A stretch of 64,000 nt of DNA from Vicugna vicugna (GCA_013265495.1 MU057711.1:868001-932000), one strand, 5' to 3'; positions 1-13,750 are shown, counted from the first letter of the stretch. Numbers and translations are program-made. The notes: generated by a model not told the origin, from the letters alone.

Positions 1-454
1 TTAAAATAACCTAAAAAAACAGCATTAGCACATTCTGGATCATCTGAATCCACCTATTAGCCATAAGTGAATGCTCCTATTTGCACTTATGGTCACACTG
101 GCTTCAAGTTGGTACCATAGTACTCAGTTACGGTAGATTAAAGAGAAAAATAGAGGGGGACCTAATATAAATGATGCATTTGTGACATGAAGCCCAATGA
201 CATGGTTTTCACTGAAGCACTTATACACCGGTAAAAATATGCATCATGCGGTGGCCACAATATATGTGGGATAATTTTGGTATGTTCAACTCAAATAATA
301 AAAAAAAAACCTACAGCAAAACAGTTGTTTCAAGACTTCAATTTAGAAGGCAGTATTCAATACTTTCATAAATTAATATAATTTAAATTTTACTGGTTTT
401 GTAGTTTCATTTGTATTTAAATTTGCCAAGTTTTGAACTGTCACCAACATCTGA

Positions 455-1680
455 CAGAGTTGATGGGTCACTGGCCTGGTCAACTCTGTTCACTGACTGC
501 ACACTCTTGGTTTTCCTATTTTACCAGTTCCTCCTCAGCTCCTGCTCTTCTTCTCCAAACTCTTAAAACTGGGAATTGCCCATGGCCCACTTTTCTTCAC
601 TTTGGTGATCTCACTCAGTCTTGTGGTTTTAAAATTCCATTGATACTGCCACAGATTTCTAAATTTTTATCTCCAGCCCAGATTAAAAAACAAACAAAAA
701 CCCTCCGGATTTGTCTTAAACCCCAGATCTGTACACCCAACTCCCTCTAAGACATCACTATGAGGAGCAGGGGACGGGGGTGGGGCCCAAAACTGAACTC
801 GTTTTCTTCTCCCAGACTACTCAGTCAGTAGCCTTCCCCTCATTTGATGGCAACTCCATCCTTCCAGTGACTCAGTTCAAAAGCCTTCAAGTCATCCTTG
901 ATTTTTCTTTACACACCACTTATCTAAAACCACCAAGAAATCTTACTGTACATCCTTGAAAAATATATCCAGAATCCAACTACTCCTCACCACCCTCTAC
1001 TACCAGTATATAGTCTAAGCCACCATTATCTCTCAACTGAATTATTGCAATATCCTATCGAGTCTCCCTGCTTCCATCCTTGTCTCCCATCCCCACCCTC
1101 CAATACATTCTGAGCATAGCAATCAGAAAAATCCACTAAAACTTCCCATATCCGGGTAATAGATAAAATCCTACAACAGCCTAAAAGGCCCTACGCAAAA
1201 TGATGATGTGTCCCCATTATCCTGACTTCATCTCCCACTTCTTTCTCCCTCACTCACTGCACTAGCCTCCTTGTTCCATAAGGCTAGGTTGTTGCTTGGG
1301 GCCTCTGCCTTAAAATACTTTTTCTCCTGGATATCCACATGACTTTCACCTCCTTCTAACCTTTGCTTGTATGTTACCTTCTCATTGAGACCTACCTTGT
1401 TCCCTCTATTTAAAACAGTGACCAGTGCTCTGCCCACTGACCCCTCTTCCTAATCCTTACCCATTCCACCTCTCTTCCTCCATTTCTACTCTACTGTTGT
1501 CCATAAAATGTATTACCTTCTATCAGGCTACACAACTAACTTACTTATGTTTGCTGTTTTAGTCCCTCTCTATCTCCTGGAAGGTAGGAATCTGTCTGGC
1601 TCAATGATGTCTCCCAAACACTGAAAACAGTGCCTGACACATAGTACAGGCTCAAAAAATATTTGTTAGAGTCAATAAGT
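455..1680 (+). mobile_element. LINE-2 (L2) 3' region, degraded
   Basis: Pyrimidine-rich L2-like body ending in the L2 terminal motif acagtgcctgacacatagt...ctcaaaaaatatttgtt (~1627-1670). Confidence 0.75.
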
Positions 1681-3423
1681 TAGAAAGCAAAAGAGCTTTG
1701 GACTTTTTAAGCAGTAATATCCAAAGCTAGGTGCAACAGACCAGTACTTTTTAAAAATCCTCCAAGAAAAATGATTATCATTCTAAAATTCTGTGTCCAA
1801 CCAAAATACCCTGAAAGTGTTGAGGGTAAAATAATCATGCAAGGTTTCAAAACATTGTTTACTTCCCCTAGATATGTCCCCTGGAGGACAGCTCTTCAAA
1901 TACAAAAGGATGAACCAAGAAAGAAGACAACATGGGCTACAGTAAACAGAAAGATGCAGGGGAGCACTGAGGATAATGACAACTTTACACCACGGGCATC
2001 CAAACAACCTGAGCATTTAGACAAGTGGTAAGGAATGTGGGGTAGCATCAGCATTTGCACAGAGAAAATAAAGCAAAACAGGGAAGTATTAACTACAAGG
2101 AAAATGATACAAATATAAATTAAATAGTTGAGAAAAAAGTAACCACAATTTACTTTATGGCTCAAATTATGAATAACCTTTATAGTCACAATAATGCAAA
2201 CATAGAATTATGATGTTACTAAATTAGGACAGTATGGGAATGGGAAGGGACTGGGGATGGGGGCAGAAAGAGGAGTTAAATCCACAATAGGAATAAGGCC
2301 TAAAACTGACATATTGAAGTAAAAACAAAAGCATGTTATTTAGAGACAGAGAAGGTAAATATAAAAATAATCATTTCAAAGAAGTAAAACCAGTTGCCTC
2401 TGGCAAAGGACATCTGGAGAGCAGTAGGGGCAGGGAGTTTTTCTTTAAAAAACAAGCCTAATGGAATAGACTTGAATTACTATGTATGTAGAACTCTTTA
2501 GATGAAAGGAAAATGAAGTTCAAAAACTTAAATGTCACAAACTGCATGCATTACTTAAGAAATTTTAGATATAAATTTGTTTTTAAAGATTTGATTCCAA
2601 GTATTCGCGAAGATGTACAGAAACAGATTCCTACACCACTGGAAATGTCCACTGTGAAGGCTGCTAATAAGATTTGGCAGTTTGTTTCAAAATTTAAAGT
2701 GCATATACTCTTTGACACAGCAGTTTTTCTTTTCAGAGTCTATCCTATGATTTACACGTTGGCAAAGTTGTGTGTGTCTGTGTGTGTGGTGGTGGGGTGG
2801 GAGAGAGAGAGAACTACAGCAATCTCGTTTGTAATAGCAAATAAACTGAAAACAGCCCTATCTTAAGAATATGATTAAATTATAGCCCATACAACAAAAT
2901 GCTTTTTTTTTCTTTTAAATGAGATAGACTCATACAGACTAACATATAAGAATCAAATTGTTTAAGCAGGTAGAGAAAAAAAAAACAAGCTACTGAATAC
3001 ATTACAATCCCATTTATGTTGAAAGAGAAAAAAAGAGTTAAGTAAATATGGACATTGATATAGTTGTCTATTTTTATATAAGTACGCCATGTACGGACAT
3101 ACCATATAACGTAACAGAAAAAAACTAGAAGGGCATCCGAATTGCAGAATGTGGTTTAAAGACTTGAGGTGCGGAATTAGAGAAGGAAAGAAGGTCAAGT
3201 TTGCAACCAGAAATCAGAGAACAGAGATGGGACCACTGACCTACAGGTACACAAAATGTCAAGAACTGCAGGATACACAGACTGTAAACACACACTTCAT
3301 CATCTGGAATTATACAATTCAAACATGTATAGTTACTGACAAGTGGTAATCCTTTAATGGGAAAATATCTGTAAGGATGTAAGTCAGATCAAAGAAATTA
3401 ACTTTAAAATATATATGGCTGCA

Positions 3424-3600
3424 GGGGAGACTATAGCTCAGTGGTAGAGTGCATGTTAAGCATGCACAAGGTCCTGGGTTCAATCCCCAGTACCTCCATC
3501 AAATAAATAAACCTAATTACCTCCCCTCTCAAATAAATAAAATAATAAAATAAAATAAAAAATAAAATAAAATAAAATAAAATAAATAAAATAAAATAAA
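3424..3600 (+). mobile_element. Camelid tRNA-derived SINE (Vic-1-like) with (AAAAT)n tail
   Basis: A box tagctcagtggtagag, B box ggttcaatccc, family core cctaattacctccc, long A-rich tail. Confidence 0.9.
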
Positions 3601-4999
3601 CTATAGCTGTCTCAAAAAAATGTGAAACACACACAGACCAGAAACTACACCAAAATGTCTACAATGGTTACTTTCCAATTACTACACTATGAATGAATAT
3701 GGGAAAGTGGGGGTTGCATTTCTGTACATATTTCTCAAATGTTCCATAGAACACATATTACTTTGGTAACAAAAAAGGATTAAATTTTTAAATTTTTGTG
3801 CATATTTTGTGTCCCCACACTTTCCTGCTAATCAATTGCTGGTAACTTCATACAGAAATTGAAACAGAACTTAAGAGTTGATTTTGCCTGTAGCTTTTTT
3901 CTCTTAGATTTCTTTTTTCTTAAAAAGCCTTGAATAGATAGATGGATACTTACAGAGAAAAAATTATTTATAAAACAGCCTATTCACATTAAAAAAAAAA
4001 CCCACACATTTCAAATACACATACATACACTTTATACTTATTAAAAAAAAAGCTTAAATTTAGCATTTTAAAAGTTAATTGTAAGACAAAATGTATCTGA
4101 TCACCTCTCCAAGCAAAATCAAGAGAACACAGTTTGTAGACATTAACTCAAAGTTGTCCCTAATAAAGCTAAATCAGGGACTTTGACCAAAAACAAAAAC
4201 AAAAAACCCTCAACTTTAGCCAAATTCAAAAGAGCTAAAAAGACAAAAAGGGAGAAAAAGCAAGTTTTTAACAATTAGATTACTTCATTTAGTTAAACCA
4301 AAAATAGAAGTAAAAAAGTTAGTGTATAGTAAACTTAGTTTCACTGTATCAACCATCACTAGCTATGCCTGTCAACATGACAATAATAATAAATAACTAG
4401 AACAAGTACAGTTTACTACTTCCTATAAAATACAAGACTGGCATTAATGTTTTTATAATTTTGAAGGAAATAATTCTCACTGGCAATATCTGCTTCATAA
4501 ATACAAATTCTCCAAAGATTTTTCTTCCATTTCTCCTTCTAGTTCCTTCCATGTGCTCCCCCCCACCACCCCCAATCCCCCGCTATTCAAAACAAACAAG
4601 AACAAAAGCCACAAGTTCAACAGGACTGGGTAATCTCAAGACTTATAAAAGGTCTTTGCCAATCTCATTTGTGTCACTGTGGCTCAAGCCTAGAGAATAA
4701 ACTGACCCCAAATGGACTGTATGAGCTACATTATTCAGCCTAGAGTTCCTAAAGATTTCAATAAAAGTAATGGGACAGGTGGGAGCTGGTCACAACAGTG
4801 TGTTAAAATACCATCAAGCTGTACACGTAAAATCTGAGCACTTTTCTATATGTAGTTATCCTATACTTCAACAAAAAAGTTTACTTGAGGAAAAAAAAAG
4901 TAATTCCACTCCTGCAGGTATTCTAGAATCTCAAGAACAGTATCAGGTATCATCACTGGCAACACATCACAGAGTTCTCTTCTCTCCTCTCTGCTCAGT

Positions 5000-6130
5000 T
5001 TCTCAACATGTCTTTAACCTGCAATAGTACAGTAATCACTAACTATAAATACTCTCAACTGATGGCTTCACCCATGTTTCCTTTACAAAATACAACAGAA
5101 GTCATCAAATGCTGATTTACCACTTCCTTCCCCTTAGAATGGAAGTGACCCCTGCCATTGGGCAGTATCCTCACCTTCTTAGACTTCACATTCCTTCTAT
5201 TATCCGTCTCTCTTGCATCAGGTCTCTCCCTTTTTCTACTGTGCCACTCCCTCTAACACCCAAACATCTCCTAGTATCTCACTTCTGTGATGTTCCTTCT
5301 ACCTCACTGGATCATAGATATCTCAAATCCAACATATCAGAACTTTGAATTTTACTACTATCCTTCTGTTTTGTTTTGTTTTGTTTTCACTTTTATTGCT
5401 ATCTGCCCCTCATTTCTAGTTTTTCCCATCTTGGTAAATAGCACCATGATCCACGCAGTTGCTCAAGCCAGAAACCACCTAATTCCTTCCTTCCCTCACC
5501 TCTCATATCTAATCCATCGGCAAGCCCTGTTAATTCTGTACCCAAAATACATCTCAAATCCATCCACTTCATCTTCACTGCCACCACCTTAATCCAGGTT
5601 ATAATCAACTACAGCACTTCCTGATCAAAGAAATGGCCTTCTAACCAACCAATTTTCCAAACAGTTAAAGCAATCTTAAAAAGTAAAAGTAGATTATGTT
5701 ACTCCCTGAATTAAAACCTTTTGATGGCTTCTCAGTACTCTTAAAATTCACATTCCTTACTTTGACTCTGCAGGATCTGATCCTTGCCTAGCCCTCCCCC
5801 TCATCCTTTTGCTCCCGCAACACTTCTCTCAGCTCCTGGAATAGTCCATGGTCATTCCTCCCTCAGGGCTTTTACCTCTGCTGCTCCTTCATTCAATCTG
5901 AGATGTTCTCCCTTCCCTCCTTCAAACAACTAGCTCCTTATCCTTTTAATGTAGCTTAAATGTCACCACTTCTCACAGCAAGCCTCCCTCCCACCACTAT
6001 TCTTTATTCCAGCACTTTTGACTCCTCTATAGTACATATCACAATTTGTAATTCTGCTCTTTCCCTGTCTAGAATGTAAGTGGTGACATTTAGAGAAATT
6101 AACTTACTCAACAACTAATTTTTTAAATTA
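5000..6130 (+). mobile_element. LINE-2 fragment(s)
   Basis: L2-like phrases such as cacgcagttgctcaagccagaaacc and ttaaatgtcacc in a CT-rich body. Confidence 0.65.
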
Positions 6131-6449
6131 TTTAAGCACTTTCTATGTGTTAATGTAATATGCTTCTAAACGCAAAAGTAGGCAGTGTACCTGCTCTCAT
6201 GGAGCTTAAAGTCACAAACACAACTAGTAACTGACAGAGCCAAGAGACACATCCAGCTCTGGTTCTTAACCACTCAACTACACTGCCACTCCAGCATTAG
6301 GACCCGGGGCAAGGGACAGCAACATGCTTAATAGCTGTTCACATGCTAATGGAAATTAAGGCTTGGAGAAGTTAAGTCATCTGCCCAAAGTAGCACAGAT
6401 AAGACATCTGAGAGATTAAGTACAATCATGAGCAAAGGCACAGAGCTGT

Positions 6450-7240
6450 TAAAGGAGAATATTCAAGAAACAAAAAGAATCCAGTTTAACCAGGTATAGC
6501 AAAGAAGAAATGCTAGAGAATAAGGCTGGAAGATCATATTGGGACAATGTGAAGGTATTAGTCATTAAATAAATACTTACTGAGCACCAACTACATGCCA
6601 GAAACAGTGCTAAACTCTAGACAAGGGTGATCAAGGCAAAGTCCTCATACAGATTGCAGTCTATCTGGGGAGGCAAAGTAGTAGAGAAAAATTAGTCTGG
6701 GGAACAGCTTGGGGCCAAGCAGAAAGTGCTATGGGAACACAGGGAGATGACATCCAATTCAAGGCGGGGGGTCCAGGAAGAGCACCTCAGCTAAGTGATG
6801 TCTCAGGTGAAATTGTAGAGCTTTGCTGGAAAAGAGAAAATACCCTGCATATAGGAACTTACAAGTACATAGCTGAAAATGGCAGGAAAGTAACAAGAGC
6901 CAGCTCCAGAAGGGACTGTGTACTAACTAACCATGTCAAGGAACTTGGGACTTTAAACGGAAGGCCTTGTAAGTCACCTATGTCAGAAAGCCCCTTTAAA
7001 TTAAAGTAGGAATAACTGAAAGGAGGAGGAAGAGACCAAAAGCAGACAGACACTTAGAAAGTAGAAGAGAAGGACATGTGAAAATGAGGGAGAGAGAGAA
7101 GCAAAGCCAGATTTGACATAAACAGAAAAATCAAGGCTTGATGACTAACTGGATACAGGAGATGAGAACCTTGGATGGTTGGAAACAAAGGTTTTAGTTT
7201 TGGACACATAAATTTGAAGTACCTTGGTACACAAAAGTGG
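6450..7240 (-). mobile_element. LINE-2 fragments, reverse orientation
   Basis: Reverse L2 tail aaatacttactgagcaccaactacatgccag (~6571) and purine-rich L2 body ending ttttggacacataaatttgaagt. Confidence 0.6.
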
Positions 7241-7255
7241 AAAATGACATGTAGG

Positions 7256-8358
7256 AAAAGACACTGTCAAAAGTATGAAAAAACAAACCACTGACTGGGA
7301 GAAAATATTTGCAAAAGACTTATCTGATAAAGACTGTTACCCAAAATACACAAAGAACTCTTAAGACTCAGTAAGAAAAGGAACATGCCAATTAAAAAAT
7401 GGGCTAAAGACCTTAACAGACATCTCATCTCATCAGATTTACAGATGGCAAAGGAGCATATGAAAAGATGCTCCACATCATTAGCCATCCGGGAAATGCA
7501 AATTAAAACAAAAATAAGATACCACCACACACCTATTAGAATGGCAAAACCCAGAGCACTGACAACATGCTGGTGGCCATGTGGAGCAACAGGAATTCTC
7601 ATGCACTGCTGGTGGAATGCAAAATGGTACAGCCTCTTGGAAGGCAGCATGGCAGTTGATTACAAATACAAACTAAACATATTCTTACCATAAGATCCAG
7701 CTATCATTCAAAGGAGCTGAAACCTTATGTCCACACAAAAACCTGTACACAGATGTTTACAGCAGCTTTATTCATAATTGCCCAAACGTGGCAGCAACCA
7801 AGATGTCCCTTGGTAGGTGAGTAGATAAATAAACTTACACATCCAGAGAATGGAATAATACTCAGTGCTAAAAAGAACTGAGCTATCAAGCTATGAAAAG
7901 ACATGGAGGAAACAAATGCATATGACTAAACGAAAGACACCAATGTGAAAAGGGTACATACTGTATGATTTCGATTATGTAACACCCTGTAAAGGACAAA
8001 ACTATGGAGACGGTAAAAAGAGGTTAGGGAGGAGGAAGGGATGAATAGGTAGATGACAGAGGATATTTAAGGCAGTGAAACTATTCTGTGTGATACTACG
8101 ATTGTGGATACACATTATTATACATTTGTCAAAACTCATAATACACAATACCAAAAGTGAACCATAACGTAAACATGGACTTTGGGTGATAATGTGTCAG
8201 TGTAGGTACATCAGTTGTAACAAATGTATCACTCCGGTGGAAGATGTTGATAATGGGGGAGGTTATGCATGAGTAGGGCACAGTATATCTTTGTACCTTC
8301 TGCTCAATTTTGCTGTGAATCTAAAATTGCTCTAAAAAATAAAGTCATTAAAAAAAAA
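7256..8358 (+). mobile_element. 5'-truncated old LINE-1 (ORF2 C-terminus plus 3'UTR)
   Basis: ORF2-like peptide KWAKDLNRH...IREMQIKT...RYHHTPIRMAK; AATAAA at 8338 and A tail; near-perfect TSD aaaatgacatgtagg (7241-7255) / aaaatgacctgcagg (8355-8369). Confidence 0.92.
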
Positions 8359-9867
8359 TGACCTGCAGGCAAAAGAATACATGGGGCTAGGTTTCGGCAA
8401 GCAAAGAAATCTGAGTGTCATAAGAATACATAAGCAGTAAGTCAGGAAATATGTTCTGAGTGTTACACACTGAGGATATAGGAATAAAAACCCACAATCC
8501 CTGCCCTTTTGCAGCAGATGCTCTAGTAAAATTCATGGAAAATCAAATGGCTTAAAATGCATTAGAAAATCTCTATTTAAAAGAAAACATTAAGGGTGCT
8601 TATTAGAGAGGAAAAAATTATACCCAGTTGTTTTTTGAGGGGAGGGAAGGAAGGGGGGGAAGTCTGAGGTTTTCATATATTGATTTTGTTTGGAGTCAGG
8701 TCTAGACCAAAAATATCCAGAATTTAAACACTTTATAAGGTGTCTATGGAAATTTCATAATTATAACTAAAAGTCTGTAACAGATCTCCTCAAACCAAGA
8801 AAAACCTCCAATTTCTAAAAATCAAGTAAATCAACTGCTTTAAAATACAATCTAAGTGGTTGTTTTACAAAGTTACTAAACTTACTTTGTTACTTTCTTC
8901 ATGTAAGACCTATTTCCAAAACACTGTGTAAGTTGAAAACAAAATCTTATTCTTATTACATCACTGTTGCCATAGCTATATGTTTCCTTTTTATCTCCAA
9001 TTAATTTTAGCCTAATCATAATATTCTTTTTAATTATAGATATTAAAGAATATTGCTCTACATCAATTTTGTAAGAATTTCCCAAAGCTTCAAGGGAATA
9101 TATCACACTACATTGATATAAATTTCAGAATTTGTACTTTGTGAAATACTTATCCTGAAAAGTTCCTTATCTATTAATTATACTGTATTTCAGTTCAAAA
9201 TATTATTAAAATGTTACTAGATTATGCTGGAAAGATGCCAAGAGGGGTCATTTAAAGCAATTCTGTAATACATCTAAATAAAATATTTTCGCAAAGTCAA
9301 CTTTAGGATTGCAACTAATTATTCCAGATCACAAGTTTACATCTTTAATTTCCAGGGCAAAAAAAAATCACAAAATTTGTATAATCCACTTAAGATCAAA
9401 ATCTACTTGTCACAAAGTTCTCCTAATAGCTAACCAAAATCCTCTCCTCCACAATTTGAGCCAAGATCTCCCGATAAAACTACCAGACCACCATAGTACA
9501 CTCTGCTCTTCAGTAACGTCCAAAAGAGATGGTGACACCATAGACACTTCAAACTCAAAGACTCACTGTTTGAAACTTTTCCAAGTCAGTAAACTCAAGT
9601 CCCTGGAAGTGAATTTGATTTTTTAAATTCCAGACCACATAATCCCTTACTATAGACATTTCCCAATGCCATCATCTCCAAATGCCTGGACATTTACCAT
9701 CTAAACCTCGTCTTCATTTTTAAGAACTAACGAAATACACTAAAAGAAAAACCCAAGCACTAAAAATTCATAACGTGATTTCACATATTCTGGCTTATGC
9801 ACTTCCAACATACCCAACATGCCAAGATAATCTCATAAGTTTAGTAGTTATCAAAGCCTTAGCAGCA

Positions 9868-10092
9868 AATATTTACTGAGCTCACTGGGCCTGCCACTGC
9901 TCTAAGCCCTTCGCTTACTAACATCTCATCGACTCTCCCAACAATCCTACGAGGCAGGTACTGTCATTACACCCATTTTGCAGATAAGGAAAATGAGGCC
10001 GGAGAGGTTAAGTATCTTGCCCAAGGTCACTAACCAGTGGGGGAGGACTGAAACCAAAAGCAGGCAGTCTTACTTCAGAGTCCGTGCTTCCA
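9868..10092 (-). mobile_element. MIR SINE
   Basis: Reverse MIR core cccattttgcagataaggaaaatgaggccggagaggttaagtatcttgcccaaggtcac. Confidence 0.85.
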
Positions 10093-10880
10093 ACAATCAA
10101 CTGCTGAAAAGAGTTAACAATTTACCCTTGACAGCCGCTTATCAAAGAATGGTAAATATTCAACTGCTAGAAATGGGCAGTCCGATCACTGTCCTATATC
10201 CGTGCTCATGGCTTCTATGACTTTGACAAATCAGCTACACCATCTGATTTTCCGGACACACGAACTGGACTTCTCTGAATGTCAGAGCAAACAAATACTG
10301 AATCTTTCCAGGAACGGGAAAAGAAAAACCTACGCAACGCTGTGGCCCAGATTATCCACATTTCTAAATTACATATCTGGGAGTCGAGAAAGCCCCCAAA
10401 CGAAGCGACAAATGAAGCCGAGAAAAACCAAGATTTACAATAAGAAGCTGAAGCCTCCCTGGCAAGCGGTTCACGCGATCTCCTCTCTAACGACATAAAC
10501 AAGGGAGGAGACTGCATTCTCCCACCGCACAATGACGGCTCAGGCCGGAGCCGGAGAGAGAACGCGGCGCAACTGGGGACGACCGCTCCCGGGGTCGGGG
10601 GCAGGCAGAGGAGGCCAAGGACGGCCGAGTCGCCGCGCCCGCCCCCGGGCCTCGGGGCGGTGCGGGGAGGGGCCGGAGGGAAGGGCCGGCCACTGCCCGC
10701 ACTCAGCTGACCTCCGCCATGTTGGCCGCACACCCCGGGACCCTTCACAACAAAGGCCGGCACCGGGGCGCGGGGAGCGCCGGACGCCTCCCCAAGCCGG
10801 GCCCGCCTCCCCGGCGCGCGGGGGCCGGGCCGGGCGGCGAGGAGGCCCTTCCCCGCCCCCGCCGGGCCCCGCGGGGCCGA

Positions 10881-10901
10881 NNNNNNNNNNNNNNNNNNNN
10901 N
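10881..10901. other. Assembly gap (21 N)
   Basis: Run of N inside the GC-richest part of the island. Confidence 1.
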
Positions 10902-11079
10902 CGGCTCCGGCCGAGACAAAGGCGCCCGGGGGCGGGGGCTGCCCGCGCCCCCGCCCCAGAGGCGCGACCCGGCCCGGCCCGGCCGCCCTCCCCGCCTGCC
11001 GCCATTACCGGGCCTGGGAGTCCTCCTCCCGCGGAGCCCCTCGCGGCCGGCTCCTCCCTCCAGGCCGGGCCCCACTTAC

Positions 11080-11360
11080 CTGTGGGCGGAGAGCGCGCCT
11101 CGGACCCCGGTCCTGGCTCAAACGCGCTCCGTCGCCGCCGCCAACCCCCGCCACCGCGGGCAGCGCCACCGCCTCTTCCCCGTGCCGACACCGACGGGAC
11201 TCCCTGGGCCGCCGCCGCCGCCGCTCGAGAGCGCGCCCCGCAACGGCCGCCCCGGCTACCCCCTGGCCGCCGCCGCCGCCGCCGCCGTTTCGCGCGTCCT
11301 CGAGCCCGCCGCGCGCTCCCGCTAAATACCACACACTGCGGCGGCCGCCATGAGGAGGCG
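11080..11360 (-). other. Putative first (5'UTR) exon of an unidentified minus-strand gene; intron 1 runs leftward
   Basis: Consensus donor CAG|GTAAGT on the minus strand (exon ends 11080, GT at 11079-11078) just downstream of the promoter motifs; no ATG-led frame crosses the donor from inside the exon; TSS position is an estimate. Confidence 0.7.
11208..11287. repeat. Two short (GCC/CGG)n tracts in the putative 5'UTR
   Basis: About 5 units at ~11208-11223 and about 7 units at ~11267-11287. Confidence 0.9.
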
Positions 11361-13579
11361 CGGCACCGCGCGCCGGCGGCCCGGAGGGGGCGGGGCCTCC
11401 CGCGGGCGCGCAGGCGCGCAGGCGCAGAGGCTCCCGGGCGGCCGGCGGCGGCTTTCGCGGTCATCGCGGTGCCGGGCTTCCAGAGTGGCGGTTGGCCTCC
11501 GAACTGCTGGGCTACCGTTGCTGCGACTGAACACCTCGCGCCCAGCAAACACTGGCACATCCTGCTCTTGCCCGCAGCCGTCCCCGCCCGGGGTGACGTG
11601 GGCACTCGCCTCCCGCGTCCGGGACCCTAGTTACGCGCCCCCTGCGAGGCTTTGTTCCGCGACCCGCGGGGTCGTCCCGCTCCGCGGCCCGACTGTCACA
11701 CAGCGCCGCCTCCGGCCCTTCCCAACTCCACTTTCCCCCGCAAAAAAAACCGCGTGCCTTGGCCACCGACCGGGGACCCCACCTCTAAAGGGGAAGAGGA
11801 CCGAGCCCTTTCTTTAGGTTTGCGCCGCTCTTCTAAAAGCGGAACGAGTTTCAAAAGCTTATTTTCGCTGAAAAGTGGGTAGTGGGAAGCACTCCCTTTC
11901 CCTTGTCCTCACTTGTCTGGGAGCTTTATGAGACTCTGGGTTTTCTTTACATAAAAAATAAAAGGAAAATACCATTCACGATTCTTGACAAGGCATATAC
12001 CTGAATCAAATGCCAGTGTCAGGCATTTACAAACTTTGGACTTCCATGTGAGACCCTCCATAAAAATTAATATTACACTTGAAAACAAACGGGTACTTTT
12101 TATATGAGATTTTAGAAACCATCCAGGGAATAGTCTCCCACTATGTCCAAGCTCCCTACCAAAAGAAAATCTTTTTTAGATGGAAAGTTTTTATGCCAGC
12201 ACTGCACTGAGAACACTCAAAAGTTTCTGCCTGAAAGTGAAAGGCACACAAAGTTATGTGCTAACGCAAGCTGCCAGTTTCCAGTTTCCCCCAACAAATT
12301 TGTAGACTGTGTCTGTATTGATACTTCTGCATCTGCTCTCAACCTAATACTTTGCGTATTGTGGCTGCTCTCTTCCGCCTGAACCATTAGCTCAGTTTCT
12401 TGAGACTGGGAAAGTAAAAAACCACGTGTTCTTAACCGCAACCTACGCTACTAATATACTGCTAATAGCTGGTCCCCAAAGCCCAGGTCAGTTGAAGAAC
12501 TTGGGTGAGTTACATAGGTCCCTGCGGTTATTGGTGATGTTATTCGTTTCTTCAACAATAGGCACTACTTACAGAAGAAATCGGACAAGTACTGTCATAC
12601 CCTGTGCTTGGTTCTGCATGGAGCTTACCTAGTGAAGAAGCCATTCGTTTACCCCTTCTTCCACACAATGCTAGGTTCTGCAAATGCAGAGCCACCAGAC
12701 TAAGCATGCATTCATGGAGTAGATATAATCTAGTGGGGGACACAATCAGTCTCACAAATCTATCACTACGATTGTGAAAAATGCTAAAAGGGTGGCAGGG
12801 GAAAGGTGCCTGATGCTAAGAAGTTGTATGACAGGCCAGGTATATGACAGATGACTGACTAAAGAACCTGACGATTAGAAGGAATTAACCTGCTTGTAGG
12901 GGTTGGGGTGGGGAGTGGTAGAAAGTCGAGGACTTGAGTAAGGGAAAAGCCTTGCATAGTAGTAGAAGCCTGCCGGATTCTAAGAACTGAAAAAAATCTC
13001 CACTGCATTTTTTTTCCCTTATGGAGATGGGAAGGGACTAGGAAGGCACAAGGCACATGGATGTGATGTAGACAATGATGCTGAAGAAATCAGTAGGATT
13101 CAGAAAGTGTTGGGCTTTGTGGTCCAATGTACCCAAAGTAACGGACAACAAACACTTCTCAGTCTGGTGAGTCCAAGAAAGGATTCACTGAGGAATAAAT
13201 TGAATAAATTGGAACTGAGCCGTGGCTAAAGGGTAGGAGTTGTCCAGAGGAAGATGGAAGTCTTTCCAAGCCAAGGAAACATATGAAACAGACAATCACA
13301 AAAGAAAATGGCTCTGTCCAAGACACTGTACAGGGAGGTAGAGTTTGGTTGAGGAGACTGGCCAAAATGAGCAAAAGCTGACCAGGGAAAACACTTCTGT
13401 TTAGGCAAGAAATGAAGGCCTGAGCCAAAGAGATGGCAAAGACATGTTGAGGAGGGTCTCCGGGAGACAGAGCTGGACTGGAATCGATTGGATTTAGGGA
13501 GGGTGGGATGTGAAGAAGATCAAAGAGCTGATGCTGATGAAAATGACAAAGGTATGGTAGAAATAGGGTTAGTGGCCAT

Positions 13580-13750
13580 TTTTAAGCATCTCTGTGCCAG
13601 GCACATGCATTACCTCATCACTCTTCACTGCCCATTGGATATATGAGGTAACTGAGGCACAAAGAGATCAAATAATTTGCCAAAGGTCACACAGCTGCTA
13701 AGTGACAGAGCCAGCATTCAAACCCAAGCCCGGCTTCCGATGCTCTTCCC
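13580..13750 (-). mobile_element. MIR SINE, flanked by L2 fragments (~12520-13880)
   Basis: gaggtaactgaggcacaaagagatcaaataatttgccaaaggtcacacagct is a reverse MIR core. Confidence 0.75.

Larger units (their letters stand above)
10460..11830. promoter_or_regulatory. CpG island / promoter of a minus-strand gene
   Basis: Abrupt, very GC- and CpG-rich ~1.4 kb block in CpG-poor surroundings; GC box ggggcgggg (~11387-11395); tandem NRF1-like gcgcaggcgcgcaggcgca (~11407-11425); YY1-like ccgccatgtt (~10714-10723). Confidence 0.93.

Noticed and set aside
3424..3500. tRNA-like A/B box sequences here and in the other SINE heads
   Set aside because: They are SINE heads with A tails and TSDs, not tRNA genes.
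11080..11360. Assigning a gene symbol to the CpG-island gene
   Set aside because: No coding exon was recognised in the window and I cannot reliably identify the 5'UTR from memory.
10215..11817. Long overlapping ORFs (up to 303 aa) on both strands of the CpG island
   Set aside because: Low-complexity Arg/Gly/Pro/Ala translations expected from stop-poor GC-rich DNA; several cross an N gap and the splice donor; no recognisable domain.
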